From the human T2T-CHM13v2.0 reference genome, Homo sapiens: 64,000 nucleotides of DNA. A model generated the notes under the pieces. The model saw only the letters and a list, made by a program, of their open reading frames with translations. It did not search any database and was not told where the DNA came from. Location of the stretch: the NCBI GenBank assembly GCA_009914755.4, contig CP068257.2, forward strand, positions 5,952,001 through 6,016,000. Direction: 5' to 3'. The translations under genes and the position numbers were made by a program. Positions 14,061 to 30,544 of this stretch are shown piece after piece; positions within the stretch are counted from its first letter, which is position 1; each line of letters starts with the position of its first letter.

Positions 14061-16775
14061 CACTCCATCACATGGAATTCCATTCCATTCCACTCTATCA
14101 CATGGGATTCCATTCCATTCCACTTCACGCCCTTCCATTATATTTCACTCCATTCCATTCCATTCCATTCCGTTCCATTCCGTTCTATTCCATTCCATTC
14201 CTTTCCATTCCATTCCATTCCGTTCCACTCTAATCCATTCCATTCCTCTCCACTCCGTTCCATTCGATTCCATTCAATTCCATTCCATTCCAATAAATTG
14301 AATTCCATTCCATTCCACTCCTGTCCATTCCATTTCATTCCACCCGATCCCACCCCATTCCACTCCACTCCATTCCATTCAATTCCATTCTCTTCCACTA
14401 CACTCAATACCATTTCTCTCCACCCCACTCCATTCCATTCCATTCCATTTCATTCCATTACATTACATTACAATATATTCCACTGCTTACCATTCTATTC
14501 CACTACATTCCTTTCCAATCCACTACACTCCGCTTCATTCCACCCCGTTGCATTCCTCTCCATTCCCCTCCTCTGCATTCCATTCGATTTCATTTCATTC
14601 TGTTCTATTCCATTCCGTTCTATTGCATTCCATTCCACTCCATTCCACTCCACTCCACTCCAATTCATTCCACTCCACCGCACTCTCTTCAACTCCATTC
14701 CATTCCATTCCACTCCACTCCGTTCCATTTCATTCCACTCCTCTCCATTCCACTCTATTCCATTGCACTTCTCTGCACTCCATTCCATTCCACTCCATTC
14801 CATTCCAGTCCACTCCACTCCATTCTGCTTCAATCCACTTCATTCCAGTCCACTTCATTCGACTCGACTCGATTCCATTCCAAACAATTTCATTCCGATC
14901 TATAACATTCCACTCCACCCAATTCCATTCCATTCCGTTCCAGTACACTCCATTCCACTTCATTCCACTCCCACTCCATTCCATTCCAATCCAATCCATT
15001 AAATTCCATTCTGTTCCGTTCCGTTCCATTCCGTCCCATTCCGTTCCGTTCAATTCCATTCCATTCCACTACACTCTATTACATTCAGTTACACTAAATT
15101 TCATTCCATTCCATTCCACTCATTTCCATTCCATTCTTTTGCACTCCATTCCATCCCATTCCACTCCAATCCATTCCATTCCATTCCACTCAATTCCATT
15201 CCATTCCATTCCATTCTGTTGCATTTCAGTCCTTTCCATTCCATTCCACTGAATTCCATTCCATTCCACTCCACTCCATTCCATTTCATTCCACTCCACT
15301 CCATTCCACGCCATTCCACTCCATTCCATTAAATTCCAATTCTTTCAATTCCACTCTATTCCATTCAATTCATTTCCTCTCCACTGTACTCCATTCCATT
15401 CCACTCCATTCCATTTCACTCCATTCCATTCCTCTCCATTCGGTGTCATTCCTTTGCACTCCATTCCATTCCATTCCATTCCATTCCACTCCATTCTATC
15501 TCAATCCACTCCCCTCCTTTACTTTCCATTCCACTACATTCCGTTCCATTCGATTCCATTCCTCTCCACTACATTCCATACAATTCCACTCTGATCCATT
15601 CCATTCCATTCCATTCCACTCCACTCAATTCCATTCTATTCCACAACATTCCACTCTTTCCATTCCCTTCCACTGAATTCCATTCCATTCCACTCCACAC
15701 CATTCCATTCCATTCCACTCCACTCTATTCCACAGCATTCCATTCCATCCCATTCCATTCCATTCAATTCGATTCCATTCCATTCCATTCCAGTCCATTC
15801 TGCTCCAGTCCACTCCATTCCATTCCATTCCATTCCACTCCATTCTGTGCCATTCCATTCCACACTATTCCATCCCACTCTATTCCATTCCGTTCTATTC
15901 TGCTCCAGTACATTCCACTCCACTCCACTCCACTCCAATCCACTCCACTCCATTCCATTGCATTCCATTCCATTCCATTACATTCAATTCCATTTAACTT
16001 AACCACCCTCCACTCCATCCCCGCCATTCTATTCCATTCCATTCCATTTCATTCCACTCCACTAAATTCCATTCCACTCCATTCCATTCCATTCGAGTCC
16101 ATTCCATTCCATTCCAGTCCATTCCATTCGAATCCATTCTATTCTATTCCACTCCATTCCATTCCACTCCACTCCACTCAATTCCATTCCACTACATCGT
16201 ATTGCATTCTGTTCCATTCTGTTCGATTCCACTCCGTTCCTGTCCATTCCACTCCACTCCATTCCATTTATTTCCATTCCACTCTATTAAACTCTAATCT
16301 GTGCCATTCCATTCCAAGCCATTCTGTTCCAGTACACTTGACTCCATTCCATTCCAGTCCACTCAACTCCATTTCATTCCACTCCATTCCATTCCACTCC
16401 ACTCCACTCCATTCCAATCCAGTACATTCCATTCCATTCCGTTCCATGCTGTTGTATTCCATTCCACCTCACTCCACTCCACTCCACTTCATTCCACTCC
16501 TTCCCATGCCATTCCATTCCACTCGATTCCATTCTATTCCATTCCATTCCACTCCACTCCACTCCACTCCATTCCATTACACTCCATTCAATTTCACTCC
16601 ATTCCATTCCACTCCATTCCATGCCATTCCATTCAAACCTATTCCATTCCACTATATTCCATTCTGTTCCATTCTGGTCCATTCCTTTCCACTTTACTCC
16701 AATCCACTCCACTCTATTGCATTCCATTGCATTCCATTAAATTCCATTCCATTTCATTACATTCAAATCCATTAA

Positions 16776-17322
<547 letters not shown>

Positions 17323-17334
17323 CCATTCCTTTTC
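17323..17334. repeat. Target-site duplication (5' side of the Alu)
   Basis: 'ccattccttttc' follows directly after the ...cgcgcctggcc Alu 5' end. It is identical to 17,009-17,020. Confidence 0.8.
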
Positions 17335-17879
17335 ATTTCATTCTTTCTACTCCATTACATTCAATTCCACTCCATTCCATTACAATCCACTCAACACCAC
17401 TACATTCCACTCCATTGCCTTGCACTCCACTCCAGTCCATTCCCTTCCACTTCACTCCAATCCACTCCATTCCACTCCATTCCATTCCATAATATTCCAT
17501 TCAATTCCACTGTATTAAATTCAATTCCATACCTTTCCATTCCCTTCCATTCCATTCCATTCCACTCCATTCCATACACCTCCATTCCCCTCCAATCAAT
17601 TCCATTCCATTCCATTCCACTCCTGTCCAATCCATTACATTCCAATCCACTACATTCCAATCCATTCCACTCCACTCCTTTCCATTAAACTTCTCTCCAT
17701 TCCATTCCAGTCAACTCCACTCCATTCCACTCCAATACATTCCATTCCATTCCTTTCCATGCCCTCGCATTCCATTCCACTTCACTACAATCCACTCTAT
17801 TCCATGCCGTTCTTTCCACTCCGTTCCATTCTATTCCATTCCATTCCAGTTACTCCACTCCATTCCACTTCATTCCACT

Positions 17880-20520
17880 TCATTCCACTCCACTTCATTC
17901 CACTCGACTCGATTCCATTCCACTCAATTTCATTCTGATCTCTAACATTCCACAACACTCCATTTCAGTCCATTCCATTCGACTAAACTCCATTCCACTT
18001 CATTCCACTACATTCCATTCCAGTCCAATCCATTCAATTCCATTCTTTTCTATTCCTTTCCGTTCCATCCCGTCCCATTCCATTCCGTTCCATTCTATTC
18101 CATTCCATTCCACCACACTCTATTCCATTCCATTACACTAAATTTCATTCCATTACACTAAATTTCATTCCATTCCATTCCATTCATCTCCATTCCATTC
18201 TTTTGCACTCCATTCCATTCCATTCTTTTGTACTCCATTCCATTCCATTCCATTCCACTCAATTCCATTCCATTCCATTCAATTCCGTTGCATTCCATTC
18301 CCTTTCATTGCATTCCGCTGAATTCCATTCCCTACCACTCCACAACATTCCATTTCATTCCACTCCACTCCATTCCACGCCATTCTACTCCATTCCATTA
18401 AATTCCATTTTTTTCAATTCCACTGTATTCCATTCCTTTCCTTTCCTCGCCACTCTACTCCATTCCATTCCACTCCATTCCATTTCACTCTATTCCATTT
18501 CTCTCCATTCGGTGCCATTCCATTCCACTCCATTCCATTCCATTCCATTCCATTCCATTCCACTCCATTCCACTCCATTCTATTCCACCGCATTCCACTC
18601 CATTCTACCCCAATCCACTCCCCTCCTTTACTTTCTATTCCACTACATTCCGTTCCATTCTATTCCATTCCACTCCACTCCATTCCGTACAATTCCACTC
18701 CGATCCATTCCATTCCATTCCATTCCACTCCATTGCATTCCATTCCAATCCACAGAATTCCACTCATTTGCATTCCTTTCCACTGAATTCCATTCCATTC
18801 CACTCCACACCATTCCATTCTATTTCACTCCTGACCATTCCCCACCATTCCATTCCTTCCCATCCCCTTCCATTCCATACCATTCCATTCCAATCCATTC
18901 CTCTCCAGTCCAGTCCATTCCATTCCACTCCATTCCATTCCACTACATTCTGTGCCATTCCATTCTACACCATTCCGTTCCACTCCATTCCATTCCATTA
19001 TATTCTGGTCCAGTACATTCCACTCCACTCCACTCCACTCCACTCCATTGCATTCCATTCCATTCCATTAAATTCCTTCCATTCCATTACATTGAATTCC
19101 ATTCCACTTAACCACCCTCCATTCCATCCCCTCCATTGTATTCCACTCCATTCCATTCCTTTCCACTCCTCTCAATTCCATTCCACTCTACTGCACTCCA
19201 TTCCATTCCATTCCACTTCATTCCATTCTATTCTCTTCCATGCTGTTGTATTCCATTCCACCTCACTCCACTCCACTCCACTTCATTCCCCTCCTTTCCA
19301 TGTCATTCCATTCCAATCCAATCCATTCTATTCCATTCCATTCCCCTCCACTCCACTCCATTGCATTCCGTTCCACTCCATTCAATTTCACTCCATTCCA
19401 TTCCACTCCATTCCATTCCATTCCAATCAACTCCATTCCATTCCACTATATTCCATTCTGTTCCATTCTGGTCCATTCCCTTCCACTTCACTCCAATCCA
19501 CTCCATTCAATTGCATTCCATTGCATTCCATTAAATTCCATTCCATTCCATTACATTCAACTCCATTACAATCGGCCGCCCTCCACTCCACTCCACTCCC
19601 TTCCATTCCATTCCACTCCACTCCATTCCACTCCACTCCATTCCACTCCATCGTACTCAATTCCATTCCACTCCACTGACCTTTTTTACATTACGTTCCA
19701 CTGCATTCCATTCCACTCCATTTCTTTCCATTGCACTCCACTCCATTCATTTCCATTCCATTCCACTCCATTCCATTCTTTTCCATTCCATTCCATTCCA
19801 TTCCTTTGAATTCCATTGCATTCCTGTCCACTCTATTGCATTCCATTCCACTCCACTCCTTTTCATTCCGTTCCATTCCACTCCTTTCCATTCTATTCTA
19901 TTCCATTCCACTCCACTCTACTCCATTCCATTCCATTCCATTCCATTCCATTCCATTCCATTCCATTCCTTTTCATTTCATTGTTTCCACTCAATGACAT
20001 TCAATTCCACTCCATTCCATTACAATCCACTCAACACCGCTACATTCCACTCCATTGCATTACACTCCACTCCATTCCATTCCATTTCACTCCACTCCCA
20101 TCCACTCCATTCCACTCCATTACATTCCGTAGCATTCCATTCAATTCCACTGTATTAAATTCAATTCCTTACCTTTCCACTCCCTTCCATTCCATTCCAT
20201 TCCACTCCATTGCATACTCCTCCATTCCCCTCCAATCCATTCCATTCCATTCCATTTCACTCCTATCCAATCCGTTACATTCCAATCCACTCCATTCCAT
20301 TCCATTCCATTCCACTCCACTCCTTTCCATTCCACTTCTCTCCATTCCATTCTCCTCCATTCCATTCCAGTCCACTCCACTCCATTCCACTCCAATACAT
20401 TCCATTCCATTCCGTTCCATGCCCTTGCATTCCATTCCACTTCACTACACTACACTCCGTTCCATTCCACTCTATTCTATGCCATTCCTTTCCCCTCCGT
20501 TCCATTCTATTCCATTCCAT
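17880..20520. repeat. Copy B of the ~2.7-kb HOR unit; holds the empty (pre-insertion) Alu target site at 19,963-19,974
   Basis: Same ordered landmarks as copy A. A single 'ccattccttttc' at 19,963-19,974 is followed by 'atttcattgtttccactcaatgacattcaattccactcc'. This is homologous to the sequence right after the Alu in copy A ('atttcattctttctactccattacattcaattccactcc'). Confidence 0.85.
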
Positions 20521-20989
20521 TACACTCCACTCCACTCCATTCCATTCAAATCCGCTCCTGTCCACTCCATTCCTTTCCACTCCATTGAATGCCATTCCAT
20601 TCCACTCCATTCCATTTAATTCCGTTCCATTCCATTCCACTCTAATCCATTCCACTCCACTCTATTGTATTCCATTCCATTCCATTAAATTCCTTTCCAT
20701 TCCATTACATTCAATTCCGTTCCACTCGACAGCCCTTCACTCCACTCCATTCCATTCCATTCCATTCCATTCCATTCCATTCCATTCCACCACACCCCTT
20801 TCCAGTCAATTCCACCCTACTCAATTCCTCTCGTCTGAACTCCATTCCATTCCACTCCATTCCATTCCACTCCAATCCATTCCATTCCAGTCAATTCCAT
20901 TCCATTCCACTCCACTCCATTCCATTCCATTCCATTCCATTCCATTCCATTCCACTCCTTTCCATTCCATTCCATTCCGTTCCATTCCA

Positions 20990-21290
20990 TTCCACTCCAC
21001 TGCATTCCAGTCTGTTCCACTCCATGCCATTCCACTCCAATTCACTCCATTCCATACCATTGCATTCCTTTCCATTCCATACCATTCCATTCCATTCCAC
21101 TCCTTTCCCTTCCATTCCATTCCGTTCCATTCCATTCCACTCCACTGCATTCCAGTCTGTTCCACTCCATTCCATTCCACTCCAATTCACTCCATTCCAT
21201 ACCATTGCATTCCTTTCCATTCCATTCCATTCCATTCCTTTCCGCTCCACTCCATTCCAGTCCATTCGACACCATTCCATTCCATTCCAT
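20990..21290. repeat. ~145-bp tandem duplication within the satellite
   Basis: 'ctgcattccagtctgttccactcc(a/t)...ccactccaattcactccattccataccattgcattcctttccattcc' occurs at ~21,000 and ~21,146. Confidence 0.75.
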
Positions 21291-24200
21291 TCCATTGAAT
21301 TCCATTCTATTCCACTCCTCTCCCTTCCATTCCATTCCACTTCTCTCCATTCTCTCCATTCCATTCCATTCCATTACATTACATTCAAATACAATCCAAT
21401 TGAACCTTCTCCACTCCACTCCACTCCATTCCACTCCATTCCATTCCATTCAAATCCACTCAACACTCCATTCAAATCCATTCCATTCCACTCCCTTAAA
21501 TTCCACTGCACTCAATTCCTCTTTATTCCACTTCAATCTATTAAATCCCAATCCTTTCCACCCCAGTCCATTCCATTCCATTCTGTTCCACTCCATTCCA
21601 CTCCAGTCCACTCCATTCCACTGCATTCCATTCGACTCCATTCCATTCCATTCCTTTCCATTCCATTCCATTCCATTCCACTCCATCCCATTCCACTCCA
21701 TTCAATTCCACTCCATTCCATTGTGGTCCATTCTATTCCACTCCACTTCCCTACACTCCACTGCATTCCATTAAATTGCATTCCTTTGCATTCCATTCCA
21801 TTCAATTTCATTCCATTTGACCACACTCCAATCCACTCCACTACACTGCACTCTATTCCATTCCATTCCATTCCATTCCATTCCACTGCAATCCATTCCT
21901 TTCCAATACTGTCAATTACATTCTATTCCATTCCATTCCATTCCATTCCATTGCATTCCACTCCAATCCACGCTATTGCATTCCATTACATTACTTTCCA
22001 TTCAATTACACCCCACTTCGTTCTGTTCATTGCACTCCACTCAATTCCATTCTACTCCACTCCATTCCATTCCATTCCATTCCACTCCACTCCACACCGA
22101 TCCATTCCATTCCACTCTACTCCATTCTCTCCATTCTATTCCACTCCACTCCACTCTGTGTCATTCTACACGATTTCGTTCCACTTCATTTCAATCCATT
22201 CCTTACCATTCCATTACACTCCATTCCATTCCATTCCATTCCATTCCAATCCACTCCACTCAGTTCCATTCCATTGCTCTCCACTCCATTCCATTCAGTT
22301 ACATTCCATTCTTTCCACTGTCCTTCCACTCGACCCCACTCCACTACACTACACTCCATTCCGTCACAATCCACTCCACTACATTCCACTCCATTCCTTT
22401 CCACTCCACTCCCCTTGTCTCCATTCCATTCCATTCCATTCCATTGCATTCCATTCTGTTCCATTCCATTCCACTCCACTTCCCTCCATTCTATACCATT
22501 GCATTCCATTCCATTCCATTCCATTCCATTCCATTCCATTCCATTCCACTCCATGCGATTCCATTGCATTCCATTCCACTCCACTTCATTCCAGTGCATT
22601 CCGCTCCGTTCCATTCCATTCCATTCCATAGAATTCCATTCTATTCCACTCCACTCCATTCCATTCCATTCCATTCCACTCCACTCCACTCCATTCCACT
22701 CCATTCCATTCCATTCCATTCCAGTCCTCTTTATCCCTCTCCACTCCACTCCCCTCCATTACACTCCATTTCATTCCTTTCCAATCCACTCCACACAATT
22801 CCATTCAACTCCCTTAAATTCCACTACTCGATTCCACTCTATTAACCGCCAATCCATTAAATTATATTCCTTTCCACTCCAATCGATTCCATTCCATTCC
22901 AATCCACTCCACACAACTCCATTCAACTTCCTTAAACTCCACTACTTGATTCCACTCTATTTCCCTCCAATCCATTAAATTACATTCCTTTCCACACTGA
23001 TCCATTCCATTCTATTCCATTCCACTTCACTCTATTCCACTCCATTCCATTCCACTCCACTCCACTCCATTCCACTGCATTCCATTCTACTCCATTCCAT
23101 TCCATTCCTTACTACTCCATGCCATTACACTCCATTCCATTCCATTACTGTCCATTCTATTACACTCCACTCCCTTCCACTCCACTGCATTCTATTCCGT
23201 TGCATTCCATTCAATTCCTTTTCATTCCTTTCAATTTCATTTTAGTCGACCGCACTCCACTCCACTCCACTGCCTTCCATTCCATTCTTGTCCATTCCAC
23301 TCTTTTCTTTTCCACTCCTTTCCATTACATCCCATTTCACTCCGTTCCAATCCACTCCACTCCACTGCATTCCACTTCATTCGATTCCACTCTTCTTCCC
23401 TCCTCTCCATTCCATTCCATTCCATTCCATTCCATTCCATTCCATTCCACTCCATTCCGTTCTATTCCAATTCACTCCATTCCACTCTATTTCGCCCAAC
23501 TGGATTCCATTCCATTACATTACGTTTCCTTCCATTCCATTCCACCACACTCCTATCCACTCCATTCCCCTCCACTGAACTACTCTCGATTGCAGTCCAT
23601 TCCATTCCATTCCCTTCCATTCTATTTCAGTCCACTGCATTCCATTCCCTTCCACTACATTCCATTCCATTCCACTCCTTTCCATTCCACTGCATTCCAA
23701 GATATTGCATTCTGTTCCATTCCATTCCATTCAATTACACCTCACTTCATTCTGTGCATTCCACTCCACTCCATTCCACTCCATTCCATTCCTCTCCACT
23801 CCAATCCATTCCATTCCAGTCCACTCCACTCCATCCCATTCCAGTCTGTTCCATTCCACTCTACTCCACACCATTCCATTCCATTCAACTACACCCCGTG
23901 CCACTCCATTCCTTTCAAATCCTCTCCATTCCATGCCATTCCACACCATTCCATTCCACTCCATTCCAATCCATTCCTTACCATTCCATTCCACTCCATT
24001 CCATTCCATTCCAATCCACGCCACTGAATTACATTTCATTCCACTCCACTCCATTCCATTCCATTCTATTTCATTCCATTCCATTCCATTTCATTCCATT
24101 CCATTCCATCCCATTCCATTCTTCTCCAATCAGTTCAATTCCACTACAACCCACTCCATTCCTTTCCATTCCATTCCATTTCATTTTATTCCATTCCATT

Positions 24201-27200
24201 CCTTTCCATTCCTTTCCACTCCATTCCTTGCCATTCAACTCCGTTCCATTCCAATCCACTCCACTCTACTACATTCCACTCCATTCCTTTCAGCTCCACT
24301 CCCATCGTCTGCATTTCATTCCATTCCATTGCATTCCATTCTATTCCTTTCCATTCCATTCCATTCCACTCCACTCCACTCCATTCCACTCCAGTCCGCT
24401 CCATTCCACTCCACTCCTTTCCATTCCATTCCATTCCACTCCACTCGACTCTACTAGACCCCAATCCATTCCATTCCCAAACATTCCATTTCATTCCACT
24501 GTGTTCCAATTGATTCCATTCCATTTGATTCTATTCCATTCCATTCCATTCCATTCGACTCCATTCCATTCCATTCCATTCCACTCTTCTCCACTCCACT
24601 CCATTCCCCTCCATTCCATTCCAAAACATTCCATTTCATTGCATTGCATTCCATTTGATTCAATTCCATTTGATTCTATTCCATTCCATTCCCCTCGATT
24701 CCATTGATTCCACTCCATTCCATTTCATTCCACTCTATTCCATTCCATTCCATTCCACTCCATTCCATTCCACTCCACTGCATTCCATACCACTGCATTC
24801 CACTCCACTCCATTCCATTACTTTCCATTCCATTCCATTCCTCTCCAATCCGTTCCATTCCATTCCACTCCACTCAATTTCACTACATTAAATTCCAGTC
24901 CAATCAACTACATTCCATTCCAGTCCATTCCATTCCAATACACTCCCCTCGTTTTCCTTCCATTCCATTCCATTCCATTCCAATCCACTCCATTCCATTC
25001 CATTCCACTCCACTCCATTCCATTCCATAAACTACATTCCATTCCACTCCATTCCATTCCATTCCATTCCACTCCACTCCATTCCATTCCATTAAACTAC
25101 ACTCCATGCCACTCCATTCTATTCTACTCCACCCTACTCCACTCCATTCCATACCACTCCATTCCATCCCACTCAATTCCATTCCACTCCACTACATTCA
25201 GTTCCATTCAATTCCATTCCACTCCACTCCATTCCATTCCATTCCACTCCACTCCTTTCCGTTGCATTCCATTCCCTTCCATGCCTTTCCATTCCATTCC
25301 ACTCCAATCAATTCCATTCCACTCCACTACCTTCCATTCCTATCCACTCCATTCCATTGAATTGTATTCCCTTCCATTCCTTTCCATTTGATTCCACTTC
25401 CTTCCACTCCACTCCATTCCATTCTTCTCTACTGGACCCCAACCCACTCGATTCCATTCCATTCCGTTACATTCTATTCCACTCCACTCTATTCCATCCA
25501 ACTCCACCTCACTCCATTCCGTTCCATTACATTACATTCCATTCTTTCCATACCATTCCACTCCATTCCTTTCCACTCCTTTCCATAACTTTCCACTACT
25601 TTCCATTCCAATCCCCACCACTCAACTACATTCTATTCCATTCCATTCCACTCTAATACCCTCAACTCCGTTAAATTCCATTCCATTCCACTCCATTCCT
25701 TTCCATTCCCATCCACTCGACCCCACTCCAGTGCACTCCATTCCATTCCATTCCATTCCACTCCTCTCAACTCCATTTCACTCCATTCCATTCCAATCCA
25801 CTCACCTCCTTTCCAATCTATTCCATTCCACTCCTCTCAACTCCATTCCACTCCATTCCTTTCCAACCTATTCCATTCCACTCCACTCCATTCCACTCCA
25901 TTCCACTCCAATCAATTCCAGTAGATTACATTACACTAGAATGCATTCCATTCCATTCCACTCTACTACATTCAACTCCATTGCATTCCACTAAATTCCT
26001 ATGCAGTCCACTCCATTCCTTTCCACTCCACTCCACTCCATTCCACTCCTTTCCATTCCACACCATTACATGTTATTCCACTCCACTCATTCCTTTCCAC
26101 TCCATTACATTCAATTCCTTTCCAGTCCATTCCATTCTACTCCACTCCAGTCCACTCTTCTCCATAGCATTCTATTCTATTCCATTCCATTCCATTCCTA
26201 TCCTTTCCTTTCCATTCCACTCCATTCCATTCCATTTCATTCCATTCCTTTCAATTCCATCCCTCTCTACCCGTCTCCACTCCATTCCACTCTACTCCAT
26301 TCCCATACCATTGAATTCCATTCCTTTTCATTGCATTCCTTTCCATTCGATTCCATTTTGTTCCATTCAAGTCCATTCAATTCTATGCCATTCCATTCCA
26401 TTCGAGTCCATTCCATTCCAGTCCATTCCATTCCATTCAATTCCATTCCATTTCATTCCACTCCATTCCATTCGAATCCATTGCATTCCAATCCATTCCC
26501 TTCCATTTCTTTCCAATCTATTCCATTCCATTCCATTTGATTCCATTCCATTCCTTTCCTTTCGATTCCATTCCATTGATTCCATTCCATTCCATTCCAC
26601 TCCATTCGTTTGCATTCCATTCGAATCGATTCCGTGTAATTCCTTTCCATTCCATTCCATTCCAATCGATATCATTCCATTCCAGTCTTTTCCGTTCTAG
26701 TCAATTGCATTCCAGTCCATTCTATTTGATTCCTTTCCATTCAATTCCATTCCATTCGATTGCATTCCATTGGAGTCCATTCCAATGGAGTCCATTATAT
26801 TCGAATCCATTCCATTCCATTCCATTCCTCTCCAGTACATTCCAGTCCATTATATTTAAGTCCAATCCATTTTAGTCCATTCCATTCGAGTCCATTCCAT
26901 TCGAGTTTATTCCATTCTTGTCCATTTATTTAGTCCATTCGTTTTCATTGTATTCCTTTCCTTTCCATTCTACTATTTTGTATTCCATTCAATTCCATTC
27001 CCTTTGATTCCATTCCATGCCATTCCATTCCATTCAAATCCATTTCATATCATTCCATTTCTTTCCATTCCATGTAATTCCATTCCATGTCATTCCTTTC
27101 TATTCCATTCCATTCCATTGCATTCAATTCAATTCCGTTCCATTCCAGACCGTTCCATTCCAATACGCTCAATTAGAGTCCAATCCATTCGATTCCATTC

Positions 27201-30200
27201 CTTTTGATTCCATTCCATTCGATTCCATTCAATTCGTGTCCTTTTCATTCCTGTCCATTACTTTCTGGTCCATTCCAATCCAATCCAGTCCAATCCATTC
27301 CACTCGATTCCTTTCGATTTGCGTTGCATTTCATTCCATTTCACTCTCTTAAATTCTATTTCATTCAAGACTGTTTCATTTCAATTTATTCTTTTCGATA
27401 ATATTGCATTGATTCCATTCCATTTGATTCCATTTCATTCGAGTCTATTCCATTCCATTCCATTCCATTCCATTCAATTCCAATTCATTCGAGTACATTC
27501 CATTCCATTCCATTCCATGCCATGCCATTCCTTTCCATTCTAGTTCATTCCATTCCATTCAATTCCGTTCCATTTCATTCCTTTCCATTCATCTGGAATC
27601 CATTGCATTCCATTCCATTTGTTTCCATTCCACTCCATTGTATTCCATTGTATTGCATTCCATTCCATTAAATTCAAGACTTTTCCATTCCAGTTCATTC
27701 CATTCGTGGCCATTCAATTTGATTCCATTCCATTAGATTCCATTCCGTATGATTCCATTCCTTTCGATTACATTCAATTGGAGTCCAATCCATTTAAGTC
27801 AGTTACTTTCAAGTCGATTCTATTCATTCGAGAACATTCGATTCCATTCCATTTGTTTATATTCGAATCCATTCAATTCAATTCAATTCAATTTGATTCC
27901 ATTCCATTCCAGACCATTCCATTCTTGTCCATTCCTTTTGAGTCCATTCAATTCCCCTTTATTCGATTCAATCCCATGCGATTCCAGTCCTTTCAATTGC
28001 ATTCAATTAGAGTCCATTCCATTGGAGACCATTATATTTGAGTCCATAGCATTGGAGACCATTCGAGTCCATTCCATTAGAATCCATTCGATTCCATTCC
28101 ATTTAATATGAATCCATTCCATTCGAATCCATGCCATTCGAGTCCATTTCATTGGAATCCATTCCATTCCAGTGCGTTTCATTCCAGTGAATTCCATTCA
28201 ATTCCAGTCTATTCCATTTAATTCCTTTCCATTCGATTCCATTCCGTTCGATTTCATTTCATTTTATTGCATTCCATTCGAGATCGTTCCATTCTAGCCC
28301 ATTCCTTTCGAGTCCATTCCATTCCATTCGATTCCATTCCTTTCATTTGCATTCCTTTTGAGTGCATTCCATTCGAGTCCATTCCATGTGAGTCCATTCC
28401 ATTGCAGTCCATTCCCTTCCTGTCCTTGCCATTCCATTCCACTCCATTCAGTTACATTGCATTCGATTCCATTCCATTCGATTGCATTCCATTCGAATCC
28501 GTTCCGTGGAGACCATTCCTTTCGTTTCAACTGCATTGCAAACAATTTGAATCCATTCCATTCGAATCCATTCCATTCGATTCCATTCCTCTTGAATCCA
28601 TTCTATGCCATCCCATTCCATTCCATTAGATTTTACTCCATTCCTTTTCATTCCATTCCATTCCATTTCATTCCATTTCAATCCATTCCAGTCTTTCCAT
28701 TCCATTCCATTCTATTCCATTCCATTCAAGACAGATCCATTCGGATTCATTCAAGTCGATTTCACTCCATTCGATTCCATTGCATTAAATTCCATTCCTT
28801 TAGCTTCCATTCCGTTCGATTCCATACCATTCCATTCTATTCCTTTTCATTCCATATGATTCCACTCAATTTCAGTACATTCTATTCGAATCATTTGTAT
28901 TCCATTCCAATCAATTCAATTACATTTCATTCCATTCTATTCCATTCCATTCCGTTTCATTCCATTGCCTTCCATTCCACTCGAATCCATTCCATTTCCT
29001 TCCATTGCATTCCATTCAATTCCAATCCATTCTATTACCTTCCATTCCATGCCATTCCATTCCGTTCGAATCCTTTCCATTCCATTCCATTCCACTCCAT
29101 TCAATTCCATTCCATTTCATTCCAATCCTTTCCATACGAATCCATTGCTTTCCATTCCATTCCATTTCATTTGTTTCCATTCCAATCCATTCGATTACAT
29201 TTGATTCCATTCCATACCATTCCATTCATTTCCTTTTGATTCCATTCCATTTGATTCTATTTCATTCCATTCCATTCCACTCCACTCAATTCCATTCCAT
29301 TCAATTCAATTCCATTTCATTCCATTCCATTCAATTCTATTCGAAACCATTCCATTTGGGTCCATTCCATTCGAGTACATTGCATTCCAATCCATTACAT
29401 TCGACTCCATTCCATTCGATTCCATTCCATTCCATTTTATTTCATTCCATTGCAGTCCATTCCAATGGAGTCCATTACATTCGAGTCCATTTTATTCCAT
29501 TTTTTTCCATTCCATTCCAATCCATTCTATTCCTTTCCATTCGAGTATGTTACATTGCAGTCCATTACATTCAACTGCATTGCATTCCATTCAATTCGAG
29601 TCCATTCAATTCGAATCCATTCCATTCGAATCCATTCCATTCTAGTCCATTCCATTCCATTGCATTACATGCGACTCTATTCCATTCCATTCCATTCCAA
29701 TACATTGCATTTGATACCATCCATTCCAGTCCATTCTGTTCGAATCATTTCCATTCCATTCCATTCCATTAGATTCTATTCCATTCGATTCCATACCCTT
29801 CAATGTCATTCCATGCCATTCCATTCTATTTGATTCCATTCTATTCGATTCCATTCCATTCCATTCCATTTCTTTCCATTCCATTCGATTCCATTCCATT
29901 CCATTTGAGACCATTCCATTCGAATCTATTCAATTCGAGTCCATTCCATTCTGTTTGATTCTATCCCATGCCATTCCATACTATTCGACTCCATTCCATT
30001 CCATTGCGTTGTATTCCATTGCATTCCAATCCATTCGAGTACATTCCATTCCATTCCACTCCATGCCATGCCATTCCATTCCATTCGAGTGCATTCCATG
30101 CCATTCCATTCCTTTCCATTCAACTCGAATCCATTGCATTCCATTCAATTACATTCCATTCGTTTCCATTCCATTCCTTTCCATTCCTTTGTAGTCCATT

Positions 30201-30544
30201 CCATACCATTCCATTTCATTCTATTTTAGACTATTGCATTCCAGTTCTTTCAATTCCTGTCCATTTGATTCGACTCTATTCCATCAGATTACATTCCATT
30301 CGATTTTATTCCGTTCAATTCCATTGCATTCGAGTCCATTCTATTCGAGTCCATTACATTCGATTCGATTCTATTCCATTCCAGAACATTCTATTCCATT
30401 GCTTTTCATTCCGTTTGAATCCATTCCATTCAATTATTTCATTTCGATTCCATTCCATTCGAGACCATTACATTCTAGTCCATTCTTTTCGAGTCCATTC
30501 AATTCCCTTTTATTCGACTCAATTCCATTCGATTCCATTCCTTT

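Larger units (their letters stand above)
17323..26300. repeat. HSat3-type (CATTC)n satellite; domain 1, part b
   Basis: Same CCACTCC-rich pentameric satellite as 1-17,020. It gradually becomes more diverged from ~25,350 to 26,300. Confidence 0.92.
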
